From positions 1 to 36,534 of IMG/VR virus record IMGVR_UViG_3300033516_000032: DNA of 36,534 nt, one strand, 5' to 3'. Numbering within the stretch: position 1 is the stretch's first letter; the number at the start of each line of letters is the position of its first letter. The position numbers and the translations under genes were made by a program. Of this stretch, positions 17,302 to 26,745 are shown one piece after another. Source of the DNA: a virus (lineage: Duplodnaviria; Caudoviricetes). The notes beneath the pieces are model-generated. The model had not been told where the DNA came from. It searched no databases and worked only from the letters and a program-made list of their open reading frames with translations.

Positions 17302-19247
17302 GAAATTTACAATTAACCTTTATTGATGCTGCGGATTTACCCTTAGCAACTACAAATACAGATCTGTCTTTGCAATGTCCTTGCGAGATAAATCCTGTAT
17401 TTTTAAGGGCTACTTATGAAATTGAGAACCTTAGTTCTGGTGGAGGTATAGTCAATAATGTAGAATCTTGCATTTCCTACTGGGAATTAAATGGTGTCAA
17501 GTTGACAGAAACTGAACGAACTGACTCAGGAGATGGCACTTTAACAGATTATTCTGTAGTTTCTTTGGAATATCCCTATGAAGTTTATCCCGATTCAATC
17601 CTTAGACTTGTAGTTTCTAGAGTTGGTACAGTACCTTATCAAATGAGTGAAACCATTAGCTATCATATAGATCGAGATATGAATACAGGAAATGGTTTAC
17701 ATCTTGAGACTAACAATAAGGTGCAGGTTTTTGTTAAGACAAATGCAGCAGATTGCGATCCTTGCTTGGAACGAGTTGTAGTTTATACAGGTACTCAAGA
17801 AGAACCGTTAGTCTCTGGTACTATTATAGATAGTGCTATGGGTGATATAATGCTACAATGTTTCTTTAGTGCAACCGCAACTGTACAAAATAAACTTTGC
17901 CATGCAGATACTTCAGAAGCATCAATAACTATAAATGCTGACGGTGGTAATGGTCTATTCCACATACTTCTGACTAAAGGTTCTACAACTATTCTAAATG
18001 GTCATTATAATGCTCCTAAGACAATAGTGGTTGGTGATGGTACTTATACAGCTAAGGTGACTAATAGCCTCGGAGATGTTATAAATATCACTAATATTGT
18101 AGTCCAAGAACCTACTGAATTATCAGGAGTTATATCCTTTTTTACTCTTACAGAAACCACTCAACCCTTTAGAATAGCTGCTTACACAGGAACTTCTCCT
18201 TATAGAATTGTCATAATCAAAGACGGCGAATCTTATGCCGATGATGTTTTTCCTTCCTTTAAGGACTATGATTTACCATTTGGTTATTATACTATGTACT
18301 TCTATGATGCTAATAATTGTTCTTATGGAGGACCAATTATGACTAATAGATACCTAGGACCAGCCTTTACAGCGCCTGCCTTAAATCTTTATGCCACCTC
18401 GATTTATTTAGAATATAAAGGTAACGATGCTGCTAATTGGAGCACTATTGAATATTTAAATCCAAGCCCTACACAAGCTCAGTTATCTTTAAATAAAGTG
18501 CTAAGTAGATTAGAAGTAACTGTTCCTGGTACTTGTAAAGGTTTTAGAATTAAAAATAGTCTTAATCAAGTGGTAGCAGAATGCCCTGCTGCTGAGGGTA
18601 TTGGTGATGGCTATAATGATATATTGCATAATATATATTCTAACGCGGCAAACAACTATAATAACCACTTTAAACTACAGAATGTCATTCTAAGTACAAC
18701 TTGGGTCAAGGATGTTCCTCGTTATACAGATCCTTATTTAGCGGGTTATTCACTTGAAAGTCTAGGTACTAACTTAGTTCAAGGTAGTACTTGTGAGGTT
18801 ATACCGAAAATTGCAAATAATGGAGCTAGTGTAAATGCTACACTTTCAATTATTAATGGTCAACTTAATATAATACCAACTAATACCTCTGGTGTTTATA
18901 GAGCTGGTCGGAACACACTATCTGCTCTACACGCTTATAAGCTTGTTATTGACGTTGTATCTGGTACTAACCCGGTACAAATAAGTCTTACAAATTATGT
19001 AAACGATGTTACTTATCCCGTAACAACCTTTCCGCAAATAGCTTATACTAGATACTTTAGACCTTTAGTAGCCCCTGAAAATTTAAATATTAGATCGTTT
19101 GTAATAGCTGTGCTGACACCCACAATTATAGATAATTTCTATTTTTACAGAGTACTAAACAACCTTCTGTACGGCGTAAAGAGACCTCCACACGCTTTAC
19201 TAGCAGGACAAGATGCTTCTAATTTCACCTTAACGAACCCAGCATAA
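17298..19247 (+). CDS. putative receptor-binding/adhesin protein with SprB-like repeats
   Basis: C....EASITINADGGNG.F...GTYTAKVTNSLG...VQEPTEL...GTSPY...GYYTMYFYDANNCS. Start moved from TTG 17292 to ATG 17298 (ATGA overlap). Confidence 0.65.
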   Translation: MRNLQLTFIDAADLPLATTNTDLSLQCPCEINPVFLRATYEIENLSSGGGIVNNVESCISYWELNGVKLTETERTDSGDGTLTDYSVVSLEYPYEVYPDSILRLVVSRVGTVPYQMSETISYHIDRDMNTGNGLHLETNNKVQVFVKTNAADCDPCLERVVVYTGTQEEPLVSGTIIDSAMGDIMLQCFFSATATVQNKLCHADTSEASITINADGGNGLFHILLTKGSTTILNGHYNAPKTIVVGDGTYTAKVTNSLGDVINITNIVVQEPTELSGVISFFTLTETTQPFRIAAYTGTSPYRIVIIKDGESYADDVFPSFKDYDLPFGYYTMYFYDANNCSYGGPIMTNRYLGPAFTAPALNLYATSIYLEYKGNDAANWSTIEYLNPSPTQAQLSLNKVLSRLEVTVPGTCKGFRIKNSLNQVVAECPAAEGIGDGYNDILHNIYSNAANNYNNHFKLQNVILSTTWVKDVPRYTDPYLAGYSLESLGTNLVQGSTCEVIPKIANNGASVNATLSIINGQLNIIPTNTSGVYRAGRNTLSALHAYKLVIDVVSGTNPVQISLTNYVNDVTYPVTTFPQIAYTRYFRPLVAPENLNIRSFVIAVLTPTIIDNFYFYRVLNNLLYGVKRPPHALLAGQDASNFTLTNPA

Positions 19248-19885
19248 TGGTAACACAAAGAGAACTCATATATGAAATTCTGGAAGCTTTGCGACTTTAT
19301 TCAGACGATCAAGATCCAGACAAACGTCTTGTAGCTCGTTTAATAGATGTCTATAGAATACAAGCAATACATCAGGATAAAGAAACAAAGAATGATTTAT
19401 CAGACTACAAGACCACTTTGAAAAATCTACAGGTGGAGATGTATAAGAATCAGGATCATCCTCTGATGAAAAACAAAGAAGTAATAATGAGAACAGTAGA
19501 TCCTTTACCGGATTTACTGTCCTCTTTATACATTGACGGCATCATCAGAGTACGTAATCCTCGTCTTATAGATGAAACCTATGAGATGCTTTCCTACGAA
19601 AAAGCTAAGTTTTTTGGTAATGGAGTCTATAATAAAAAGGATACTTCTTGCTTCCTCTACAATGATTATCTTTACTTTAAGATAGGGGCTAACCCAAAGA
19701 TTGCACTTCTTGAATTTGTAACTGTAGATTGTATTCTCAAAGAACCAGCTAAGAAACTAGATGAAAAGGATCCTTATCCTCTAAAAGAAGAGCATTGGCC
19801 TTACGTCAAAAATGCTGTCTTAGCTGATTTGAGTGCTTCATTTAGGTATCAAAAAGACACAATAAACAATGCTGCGGACAACTGA
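19247..19885 (+). CDS. tail ring protein
   Basis: MVTQRELIYEILE.LR..SDD...R N-terminus and YPL...HW...K...L...........D..NNA.D C-terminus, typical of crAss-like ring proteins. TAATG coupling. Confidence 0.8.
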   Translation: MVTQRELIYEILEALRLYSDDQDPDKRLVARLIDVYRIQAIHQDKETKNDLSDYKTTLKNLQVEMYKNQDHPLMKNKEVIMRTVDPLPDLLSSLYIDGIIRVRNPRLIDETYEMLSYEKAKFFGNGVYNKKDTSCFLYNDYLYFKIGANPKIALLEFVTVDCILKEPAKKLDEKDPYPLKEEHWPYVKNAVLADLSASFRYQKDTINNAADN

Positions 19886-20342
19886 TAGACCCCGACAAGA
19901 AGCTGCTAGAGCCTTCAGACATTTTGATAAAAGGATAACAGAAGCACAGTGCAGACAAGTTGTAGATGCCTTCTTTGATGAAGCTATAAAGCATCTATTG
20001 AATGGTGGAAAGGTAATCTTGCCACATAGTCTTGGTGAGTTTACTGTAGAATATTCTGAACCAGAAGTAGTTGTCAATGATGATTATACGATAGACTACC
20101 AGAAGTCTCGTTTTCCAATAGACTGGCCAACTACCTATAAAAGACAAGCTGAGGGCAAAAGAGGATTAGCTTATTATCACAACGAACATACTGATTTTAA
20201 GATAGTTAATCTGCATTGGAAGCGACCCAAACGTTGGAGCTTCTATAGATTTACTCCTTCACACCACCTAACAAAAAGGCTCTCGAAGCATATTATAGAC
20301 AATCCATCTGTAATAAATAACTACTCACGAAAAAAACAATAA
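19869..20342 (+). CDS. IHF/HU-like DNA-binding protein (crAss-like family)
   Basis: G.KVILPHSLGEFTV, PIDWPTT, YHNEHT and YRFTPS...KRL motifs; sits between two ring genes as in crAss-like phages. Confidence 0.8.
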   Translation: MLRTTDRPRQEAARAFRHFDKRITEAQCRQVVDAFFDEAIKHLLNGGKVILPHSLGEFTVEYSEPEVVVNDDYTIDYQKSRFPIDWPTTYKRQAEGKRGLAYYHNEHTDFKIVNLHWKRPKRWSFYRFTPSHHLTKRLSKHIIDNPSVINNYSRKKQ

Positions 20343-20345
20343 GCT

Positions 20346-20915
20346 ATGTTTGTTACTTTTGATCAAATAATGGAAAAATACCACACAAGTCCTGTAGTAG
20401 AGAACCAACTACAGGAAAGTGAGGCTAAAGAATTTATTGCAGAGTGTCTGCGAGAGATGCAGATTATCAATGTCCTCTACCCACAGGTTGTAGTAATAGA
20501 CGTAGAGAACCATAAAGCTAGACTACCTGAAAATATAGCAGCTCTACATGAGGTATCAGAGGTAGAATCTGGTTATCCTTTGATAGAAGATCCCTTTTTA
20601 AAAAGAGAACTAAGCTACAATAACCAAGGTTCTTATCTTTATTTCAAAGAAGATCACGATCAAGTACGGTTAAATTATACATCCTATCCTGTAGATATTT
20701 ATGGTAAGCCACTTATTAAAGATGATCCAGACGTAATAAACGCTATCCTCTACTACTTTAAATATAAGAAACAAGAACAATCCCTAGCTGCTGGTAAAGA
20801 TGTTTCTAGTTCTATGAGACACTACTTTACGCTCTACAGAGACTACATTAAGAGATATAGAAACCGGGTAAGCACACCTACGTTACAGGACTTTAAACGT
20901 TTTAGACATGCGTGA
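20346..20915 (+). CDS. tail ring / tubular protein (P22 gp4-like position)
   Basis: IDVENHKARLP, LNY..YPVD..G.PLI.D and AI..Y..YK motifs; immediately precedes the muzzle gene. Confidence 0.8.
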   Translation: MFVTFDQIMEKYHTSPVVENQLQESEAKEFIAECLREMQIINVLYPQVVVIDVENHKARLPENIAALHEVSEVESGYPLIEDPFLKRELSYNNQGSYLYFKEDHDQVRLNYTSYPVDIYGKPLIKDDPDVINAILYYFKYKKQEQSLAAGKDVSSSMRHYFTLYRDYIKRYRNRVSTPTLQDFKRFRHA

Positions 20916-23900
20916 AATAACAACTTCTTTTGTTGGTGGTATCCAGAGAGATGTCACCAATGCAATGCCTTCAGAGTCGGCTTATTATTATGCAGAAAAC
21001 GTTACTCTTGGTACAGACAAAAAGGGACAAGCTCTCTATAATCTTAATACTAAGTTAGGTAATAAGGAGATTACTCTGACTACGGATGCAGATTCTTATG
21101 TGATTCCGACTACTGCAAAGATCATTGATTACATTATCATTCAGAATAAGGATGTTGTAGTCTTTTACAAGAAGACAGGTTCTACAGGACACTTGATTGT
21201 TTTACTAAAGAAATTAGCTGATTACACTTATAGGCCTATATTACTTTATGAAACTACAGATTATAATATCTTTTCTATTCCTGAGAATTATCCATTAAGA
21301 AAGACCCTTATATCTAGATATGAAAACCAAGAAGTTATTAAGATTTATTGGTCTATCATAGAAAGTAAAAAGAGATTCTTCCTGGATATAGCTCCTGTAG
21401 CTAAAGAAGATCCCAACATTTCAAACTCCTACAGGAATGTTAGGTCTAGAAATATATCTATGCTCTTAGCAATTCCACCAGCATCCCTAAATCCACCCCA
21501 ATTCTTGGGTTATACTAGCGGAAAATTGAAGGCTGGTGTAATAATGTATGCCTACAGATTGTATAATGTGAAGGGAAATAGATCTTATTTTTCCCCAGCC
21601 ACTCCCTTAATACCCCTTAGTAATTCTCCTACAAACAGCCTACGTCATTTAAAAGGTCAAGATACTGCAGGTCAAATACTTGACGAAGAAGAAGGAGTTG
21701 GAGTATCCGCTAAAAAAGGAGTTAATCTTAAAATTAACATAAATAGCGCAGACCTTGCGGCCTATAATCGAATAGAACTAGTTAGTATTTGGTACTCTAA
21801 GTATAGAGGTATGCCTGATATTACTATATGCTATAGAGGTGCTTTGACTTCAGTTTTAAACATTACTGATACTGGAACCAATGTTTATGGAACTATTGAA
21901 TTAGAAGAGTTCTTTAACTTCTCTGAGGACTTTGCTTATGGCACTGCTATTGCTAAAGATAATATTCTTTTTGCTGGTAATATTGAACAGACAAAGTTCG
22001 ATATTGACGAGGTGTTAGGTTATTATTGGGATGCTAGAGCTTATAAACATAATGATTTTGGAGTAGCTAGAGTTTATAATATATCTGGAGATTACTATAC
22101 AGGAACCAATGGCAACTGGACAAAAAAAGCAGCTAATGGAGATACTTTAGGTACAGCTAGTTCTGTAGAAGAGTCCTGGGATTGTATAGCTAATCAGGAA
22201 CAAACACTTTCCGGATTACCCGATTATGGCTATACTGCTGACGGTACGACACAGGGCGCAGAAGGTCCTAATATAAGAATAACTTACAATTCAACTTACT
22301 ACAAGATAGGGGGTAACAGTTTTGTAGAAGGCTGGCCTAGTTATCTAAATCTTGAAATTACTCCAGGAGATACCCGAGATTTTATCCTAGGATTAAAAAG
22401 AAGCTGGCAACCTGATGAAACCTACCGCTTTGGTATTGTCTTTATAGACTCTTTCGGTAGAGAATCCTTCGTAAAATGGGTTACTGATTTGACCATTCCC
22501 TATGATGCAAGCACAGCTTATAGTACAGTTGACGGCACAATGGCTGTTGTAAAGATACCCCACTTTCAAGTTAATAACTTACCTGTAGGTTTTTCTTATA
22601 GAATCGTTTATGTAAGACGTGAGGAGCAGGATAAAACTATACACTCAGAGGGTCCAATCCATGTAGGTTATATTGCGCACGACGATGAACTTTATACTAC
22701 TTATGGTTATCTGTACAATGGTGTTCTAGGTCTTTCTACAGCTTCTTTCACTGCTTATATTTCGCCTGAAGTACTCTTTGATAAGTCCTATACATTTCAT
22801 GAAGGAGACCATTTAAAGTTATTATATCTAGGTACGGGTGGAGACATTGTTGATACATCTCCTGGAGAAAGTGTTGTTGAGAACAATATTCGAAGAATCG
22901 TTAAACTTACAAACACTGACTTTATTCCAGACAGTATTGAGATTTCTTTTACAGAAGCTCTTCTTTATGTAGATAATGGGTATCCAGCAACAATAGGTGT
23001 CTTTAATAAAGAATTAACAAATAAGGTTGTCAAAACAAGAGCATCAGGGGAAGACTATCATTATGGTAGAATAGGCACTAGAGTGTTCTTTAATAATAGA
23101 TTGGCTCCAGACTCTTTATACAATACTAGAGTATTAGTTTGTAGATTAGTAAGAAGTTCTACAGGGCAGTACGGTGGACAGACCCTAGCTGCAAAGTTAA
23201 ATAACGAATACATAGTAGCTGGAGATATAAATAATCCAAATGCTTTTTATGGGGATAACTTTTTTGGTTTCTGGGATATGACAACTACTATGTGGAATAG
23301 TGAAACAGCAACTTCTAGGAATATACATGAAAGTCTAATGCTGCCACTAAACAGCACAATGAATCCCTATTTGAGGCACGACGATCATATGGCGAAATTG
23401 ATTGCTAAGTATGGTGTCTTAGCTTTTTCTAGACAAGAATACTCCGTTAATTCAATTGATACTTCTTCCATAGATGATGCTTGGTCAGACCTTTATATCT
23501 ATAATAAGGTTTACTCGGAGCCACGTTCAGAACGCAGATTTTTCCCCAAACCTCTTGATTTATCTATGAACAATACTTATCCGCATATGATTAAGTATTC
23601 GGATACCAAGATGAATAATGAGGAAGTTGACTCTTGGTTAATCTTCAGATCTAATAACTACAACGAAGTAGATACTTCATACGATGAAATAAGGCGCCTT
23701 GTAGAATTTAATAATCAAGTAATCGTTTTCCAAGACAAGGGTATTGCAATAGCAGCCATCAATTTAACAGAACAATTGAGTGGAACAGGCGGTCCCCTGC
23801 TTTTAGGTAGAGGTACAACTCTAAGTCACTTCCAATATGTGACTACAGACTTCGGATTACTTCCGAAATCTGATGTTCTGAAGTCTTATGCAACTATCTA

Positions 23901-24894
23901 TTTCTTGGGTTCTAATAAGAAACTCTACACATTTAATGAAGGCTTTAAGTCTCTTGGAGAATTGTCTGGTATAACAGATATTATACAAAATGCTGTAACT
24001 GAGGATACTACTTTCACAGGTGCTTACGAACCGGAGAGTGCAGAAGTAGAAATGATCTTCTCGAATCCCTTGAATGATAGCAACTTTACAGCTTCCTATG
24101 TCTCTGGTAACATCTGTACTCTTGTAGGAAAGATAGATCATCTACGTTTTATTAAGGGATCTGTTTATCAGATGGGAACAAATAACAATACTTATAGATA
24201 CCTAGGTCGTATAAATGATAATACTATTCAAGTTGAGATGGTAGATGCACCTCCTTTGTCTGGTGTAGTCTCTCTTAGACCCTACATGACTGTCTTCAAT
24301 AACTTCTCCATTAGCTTTTCAGAGCATCTAAATGGTTTTATCAGCTTTAATACTTTCTACCCTAAACTACTACAGGGATATAATGAGAAACTATTGACTG
24401 TAAGAAACAACAAGTTCTATGTTTCGCGGGAAGGAAAGCATTCGATATACTACGATGCTTACCAAGACAGTCTTGTAGAAGTTCGTTATGCCACTAACGG
24501 TAAGAATCCAAAGGACTTTCCAACGTTTTCTACAATAATGGAAGTTTGGGATAAGAACGAGTATGTTCCTAATAGAACATTCTATGCCATAAGAGCTTTC
24601 AATAACCTACAAACGTCTGAGAATTTGGTACTCTATCCGCACTCTGATGTGAGATACCAGTTAGATTTATCCGGAGAGCCGCTAACTAAACCTACTACAG
24701 ACCATAGTACTCTATCTAACTGTAGAGAAGTCAATAAAAAATGGAAGTTTGTAGTTCCTAGGATGTACCAAGATGATACAACCAACAGAATGTTGGATAA
24801 CCATATGGTATTACGAATGGAAATAAGAAATTATGAAAGCTACAAATACTCAATGCACGCACCTACCTTAATAGTTCGTGATTTTAATCATTGA
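20908..24894 (+). CDS. muzzle / tail stabilisation protein (P22 gp10-like role)
   Basis: SFVGGIQRD, G.LKAG...YAYRLY, KDNILFAGNI, ETYRFGIVF, YSD.KMNNEEVDSWLIF..NNY.EVD..Y.EI and FSE....FISF..FYP motifs; 1328 aa. Confidence 0.9.
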   Translation: MREITTSFVGGIQRDVTNAMPSESAYYYAENVTLGTDKKGQALYNLNTKLGNKEITLTTDADSYVIPTTAKIIDYIIIQNKDVVVFYKKTGSTGHLIVLLKKLADYTYRPILLYETTDYNIFSIPENYPLRKTLISRYENQEVIKIYWSIIESKKRFFLDIAPVAKEDPNISNSYRNVRSRNISMLLAIPPASLNPPQFLGYTSGKLKAGVIMYAYRLYNVKGNRSYFSPATPLIPLSNSPTNSLRHLKGQDTAGQILDEEEGVGVSAKKGVNLKININSADLAAYNRIELVSIWYSKYRGMPDITICYRGALTSVLNITDTGTNVYGTIELEEFFNFSEDFAYGTAIAKDNILFAGNIEQTKFDIDEVLGYYWDARAYKHNDFGVARVYNISGDYYTGTNGNWTKKAANGDTLGTASSVEESWDCIANQEQTLSGLPDYGYTADGTTQGAEGPNIRITYNSTYYKIGGNSFVEGWPSYLNLEITPGDTRDFILGLKRSWQPDETYRFGIVFIDSFGRESFVKWVTDLTIPYDASTAYSTVDGTMAVVKIPHFQVNNLPVGFSYRIVYVRREEQDKTIHSEGPIHVGYIAHDDELYTTYGYLYNGVLGLSTASFTAYISPEVLFDKSYTFHEGDHLKLLYLGTGGDIVDTSPGESVVENNIRRIVKLTNTDFIPDSIEISFTEALLYVDNGYPATIGVFNKELTNKVVKTRASGEDYHYGRIGTRVFFNNRLAPDSLYNTRVLVCRLVRSSTGQYGGQTLAAKLNNEYIVAGDINNPNAFYGDNFFGFWDMTTTMWNSETATSRNIHESLMLPLNSTMNPYLRHDDHMAKLIAKYGVLAFSRQEYSVNSIDTSSIDDAWSDLYIYNKVYSEPRSERRFFPKPLDLSMNNTYPHMIKYSDTKMNNEEVDSWLIFRSNNYNEVDTSYDEIRRLVEFNNQVIVFQDKGIAIAAINLTEQLSGTGGPLLLGRGTTLSHFQYVTTDFGLLPKSDVLKSYATIYFLGSNKKLYTFNEGFKSLGELSGITDIIQNAVTEDTTFTGAYEPESAEVEMIFSNPLNDSNFTASYVSGNICTLVGKIDHLRFIKGSVYQMGTNNNTYRYLGRINDNTIQVEMVDAPPLSGVVSLRPYMTVFNNFSISFSEHLNGFISFNTFYPKLLQGYNEKLLTVRNNKFYVSREGKHSIYYDAYQDSLVEVRYATNGKNPKDFPTFSTIMEVWDKNEYVPNRTFYAIRAFNNLQTSENLVLYPHSDVRYQLDLSGEPLTKPTTDHSTLSNCREVNKKWKFVVPRMYQDDTTNRMLDNHMVLRMEIRNYESYKYSMHAPTLIVRDFNH

Positions 24895-24921
24895 TTGTTA
24901 CAAATAATTGTTATCTTTGCA
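24891..24921 (+). promoter_or_regulatory. Bacteroidota housekeeping-sigma promoter (-33 TTG / -7 TAnnTTTG)
   Basis: TTG(24891-24893), 18-nt spacer, TATCTTTG(24912-24919) followed by CA, ending 19 nt before ATG 24939. Confidence 0.8.
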
Positions 24922-24938
24922 CTTGAAATATCTATAAG

Positions 24939-26729
24939 ATGGAAACTAAAAAAGTAAAAAATAAACCAAAGACTGCTAAAAAGGGAAAACCTAGAAGGGT
25001 TCTTCAGGATCAGTTTATGTATGACTTTGGTGGTTGGTTAAAAGACAATCAAGGAGCCATTATGTCTGGCTTATCTATTGCGGGTGGTGCTGCTGCTATG
25101 GCTATACCTGGAGGTCAAGTAGTTGGGGGTTCTCTTATTGCTAATGGAGCATCTGGTTTAGTCCAAGATGCTGCGCAAAAGAAACAACTGGCAGCTCAGG
25201 AAGAGGCGCAAAATGCGCAAATGCTGTTAAAACAACAAGAACTTTCTATGCGTAGAAACCAAACAGCAGCACCTACCTTTGATTTGGGTGGGTTTCTTAA
25301 TGAGTTTAAGGGACCTAAACACGAACAAAGGGGTATCAAGATAGCTGCTGGTGAGGTTGAGGGTGGTGAAACTTCTCTTAATAATGACTATGTGTTCTCT
25401 GATCAGTTGACAGTTCCAGGTAAAAAGGCTACCTATGCGCAGGAGTCTAAGAGAATCAATAGCAGATTCTATCGTGAGAATGATCCAATTGATGCTAAGT
25501 CTAAGGCTGCTGCTTTGGGAAAACTACAAAGCTCACAAGAGCATACACGTGCTGTAGTTGGTTTATCCGACCTCCAGGCTAAGTATCCAGATTTTGATAA
25601 GAGGGTTAAGAAGTTTGATGGTGGTGGTTGGGGATTAAAGAATAGTAATTACAGTTTGTTGGATGGGATAAACAGTCCTCTTATACCTAAGCCTGCTGCA
25701 ACAACACTTCCTTATACGGATATAAACTTATCTGGTTTACAAAGTCCCTATGCGAATTTAGACCTCCGTAGTCAATTTACTACTGGAGCGATTCTTAGAA
25801 ACAGTGCGTCAAGAGACTTAACTGGTACATTCACTCCGGTAAAAACCACTCTTGTACCGGAAGAAAATCCTCCAGTTAATGGGTCAGGTTCCTTCTGGGA
25901 TTATATAAAAGGAACTCCGACAAGAATCAAAGAGCAAGTGGCTACAAACAGAGAGCAAGGAGACTACAATTATCACCCACTTCCAGAATATGTAGGCGCT
26001 GCTACAAACACTATCATGGGTTTAAAAGCTCTTACACACAAGAAACCAAATTTTGATAGAGTATCTGTAGAAGATATAGACCAACAAACCTATGCAAACA
26101 ACTCTTTACAAAGACTAGATCCTACAAGAGCTCTCCAGGAAAATCGTTTAGCACACGCTGAAACTGCAGACGTTGCACGCTCAGCCGCTCGTGGTGCTGG
26201 TAATTATATGTCCAATAGATTGGGTATCGCTGCTTCTCAGAGCAGAGGTGCTGCCAACACAGTCTATCAATATGATAACCAGAATGCTACTATCGAGAAT
26301 GAAGAAAGACGCTTGAGGTTCCAAAATAAACAAAGTAATGCAGGATTAAAGCTACAAGCTCAGATGTTTAATAGCGAACTTGGTGCAAAAGAGTTCGAGA
26401 TTAAAGAACAGATGCTTGATGCTGCATACAACCTCATAGGCGCAGGTGCTACTGGAGCAGCTCAAACTTATATGAATCAGGAGACTAGAAACTTCAATAG
26501 GTATTATGCAGATATGAATACAATGGTAGCTGCACAGAATCCAAACTATGGTGTTACCATAGTAAGATCTCCAGGACAACCTTATGGAAGAATGGTACAG
26601 ATTTTTAGAAATCCTACTACTGGAGAAGTCTATAAGCTAGATCCTATGAACATAGGTAACATTCAAGATCAAATCTATGAAGCTTCTCAAAACTTTAACT
26701 TTGATACAGAACTAACTACCGGTCAATAA
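24939..26729 (+). CDS. virion cargo / ejection protein (crAss-like cargo protein 1 type)
   Basis: Follows the muzzle gene. Gly/Ala-rich hydrophobic segment AIMSGLSIAGGAAAMAIPGGQVVGG, GPKHEQRGI...EVEGGE...YVFSD motif, N/Q/A-rich C-terminus. Confidence 0.75.
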   Translation: METKKVKNKPKTAKKGKPRRVLQDQFMYDFGGWLKDNQGAIMSGLSIAGGAAAMAIPGGQVVGGSLIANGASGLVQDAAQKKQLAAQEEAQNAQMLLKQQELSMRRNQTAAPTFDLGGFLNEFKGPKHEQRGIKIAAGEVEGGETSLNNDYVFSDQLTVPGKKATYAQESKRINSRFYRENDPIDAKSKAAALGKLQSSQEHTRAVVGLSDLQAKYPDFDKRVKKFDGGGWGLKNSNYSLLDGINSPLIPKPAATTLPYTDINLSGLQSPYANLDLRSQFTTGAILRNSASRDLTGTFTPVKTTLVPEENPPVNGSGSFWDYIKGTPTRIKEQVATNREQGDYNYHPLPEYVGAATNTIMGLKALTHKKPNFDRVSVEDIDQQTYANNSLQRLDPTRALQENRLAHAETADVARSAARGAGNYMSNRLGIAASQSRGAANTVYQYDNQNATIENEERRLRFQNKQSNAGLKLQAQMFNSELGAKEFEIKEQMLDAAYNLIGAGATGAAQTYMNQETRNFNRYYADMNTMVAAQNPNYGVTIVRSPGQPYGRMVQIFRNPTTGEVYKLDPMNIGNIQDQIYEASQNFNFDTELTTGQ

Positions 26730-26745
26730 TTTAAAAACGTAAGTA

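Noticed and set aside
13668-19247. Diversity-generating retroelement or invertible cassette acting on the fibre genes
   Set aside because: No reverse transcriptase, recombinase, adenine-mismatched repeat pair or flanking inverted repeats seen in this window; they could exist elsewhere in the genome.
20345-20361. TAnnTTTG matches (TATGTTTG, TACTTTTG) at the start of the ring gene
   Set aside because: They overlap the start codon and coding sequence, so they could not drive that gene; likely chance matches.
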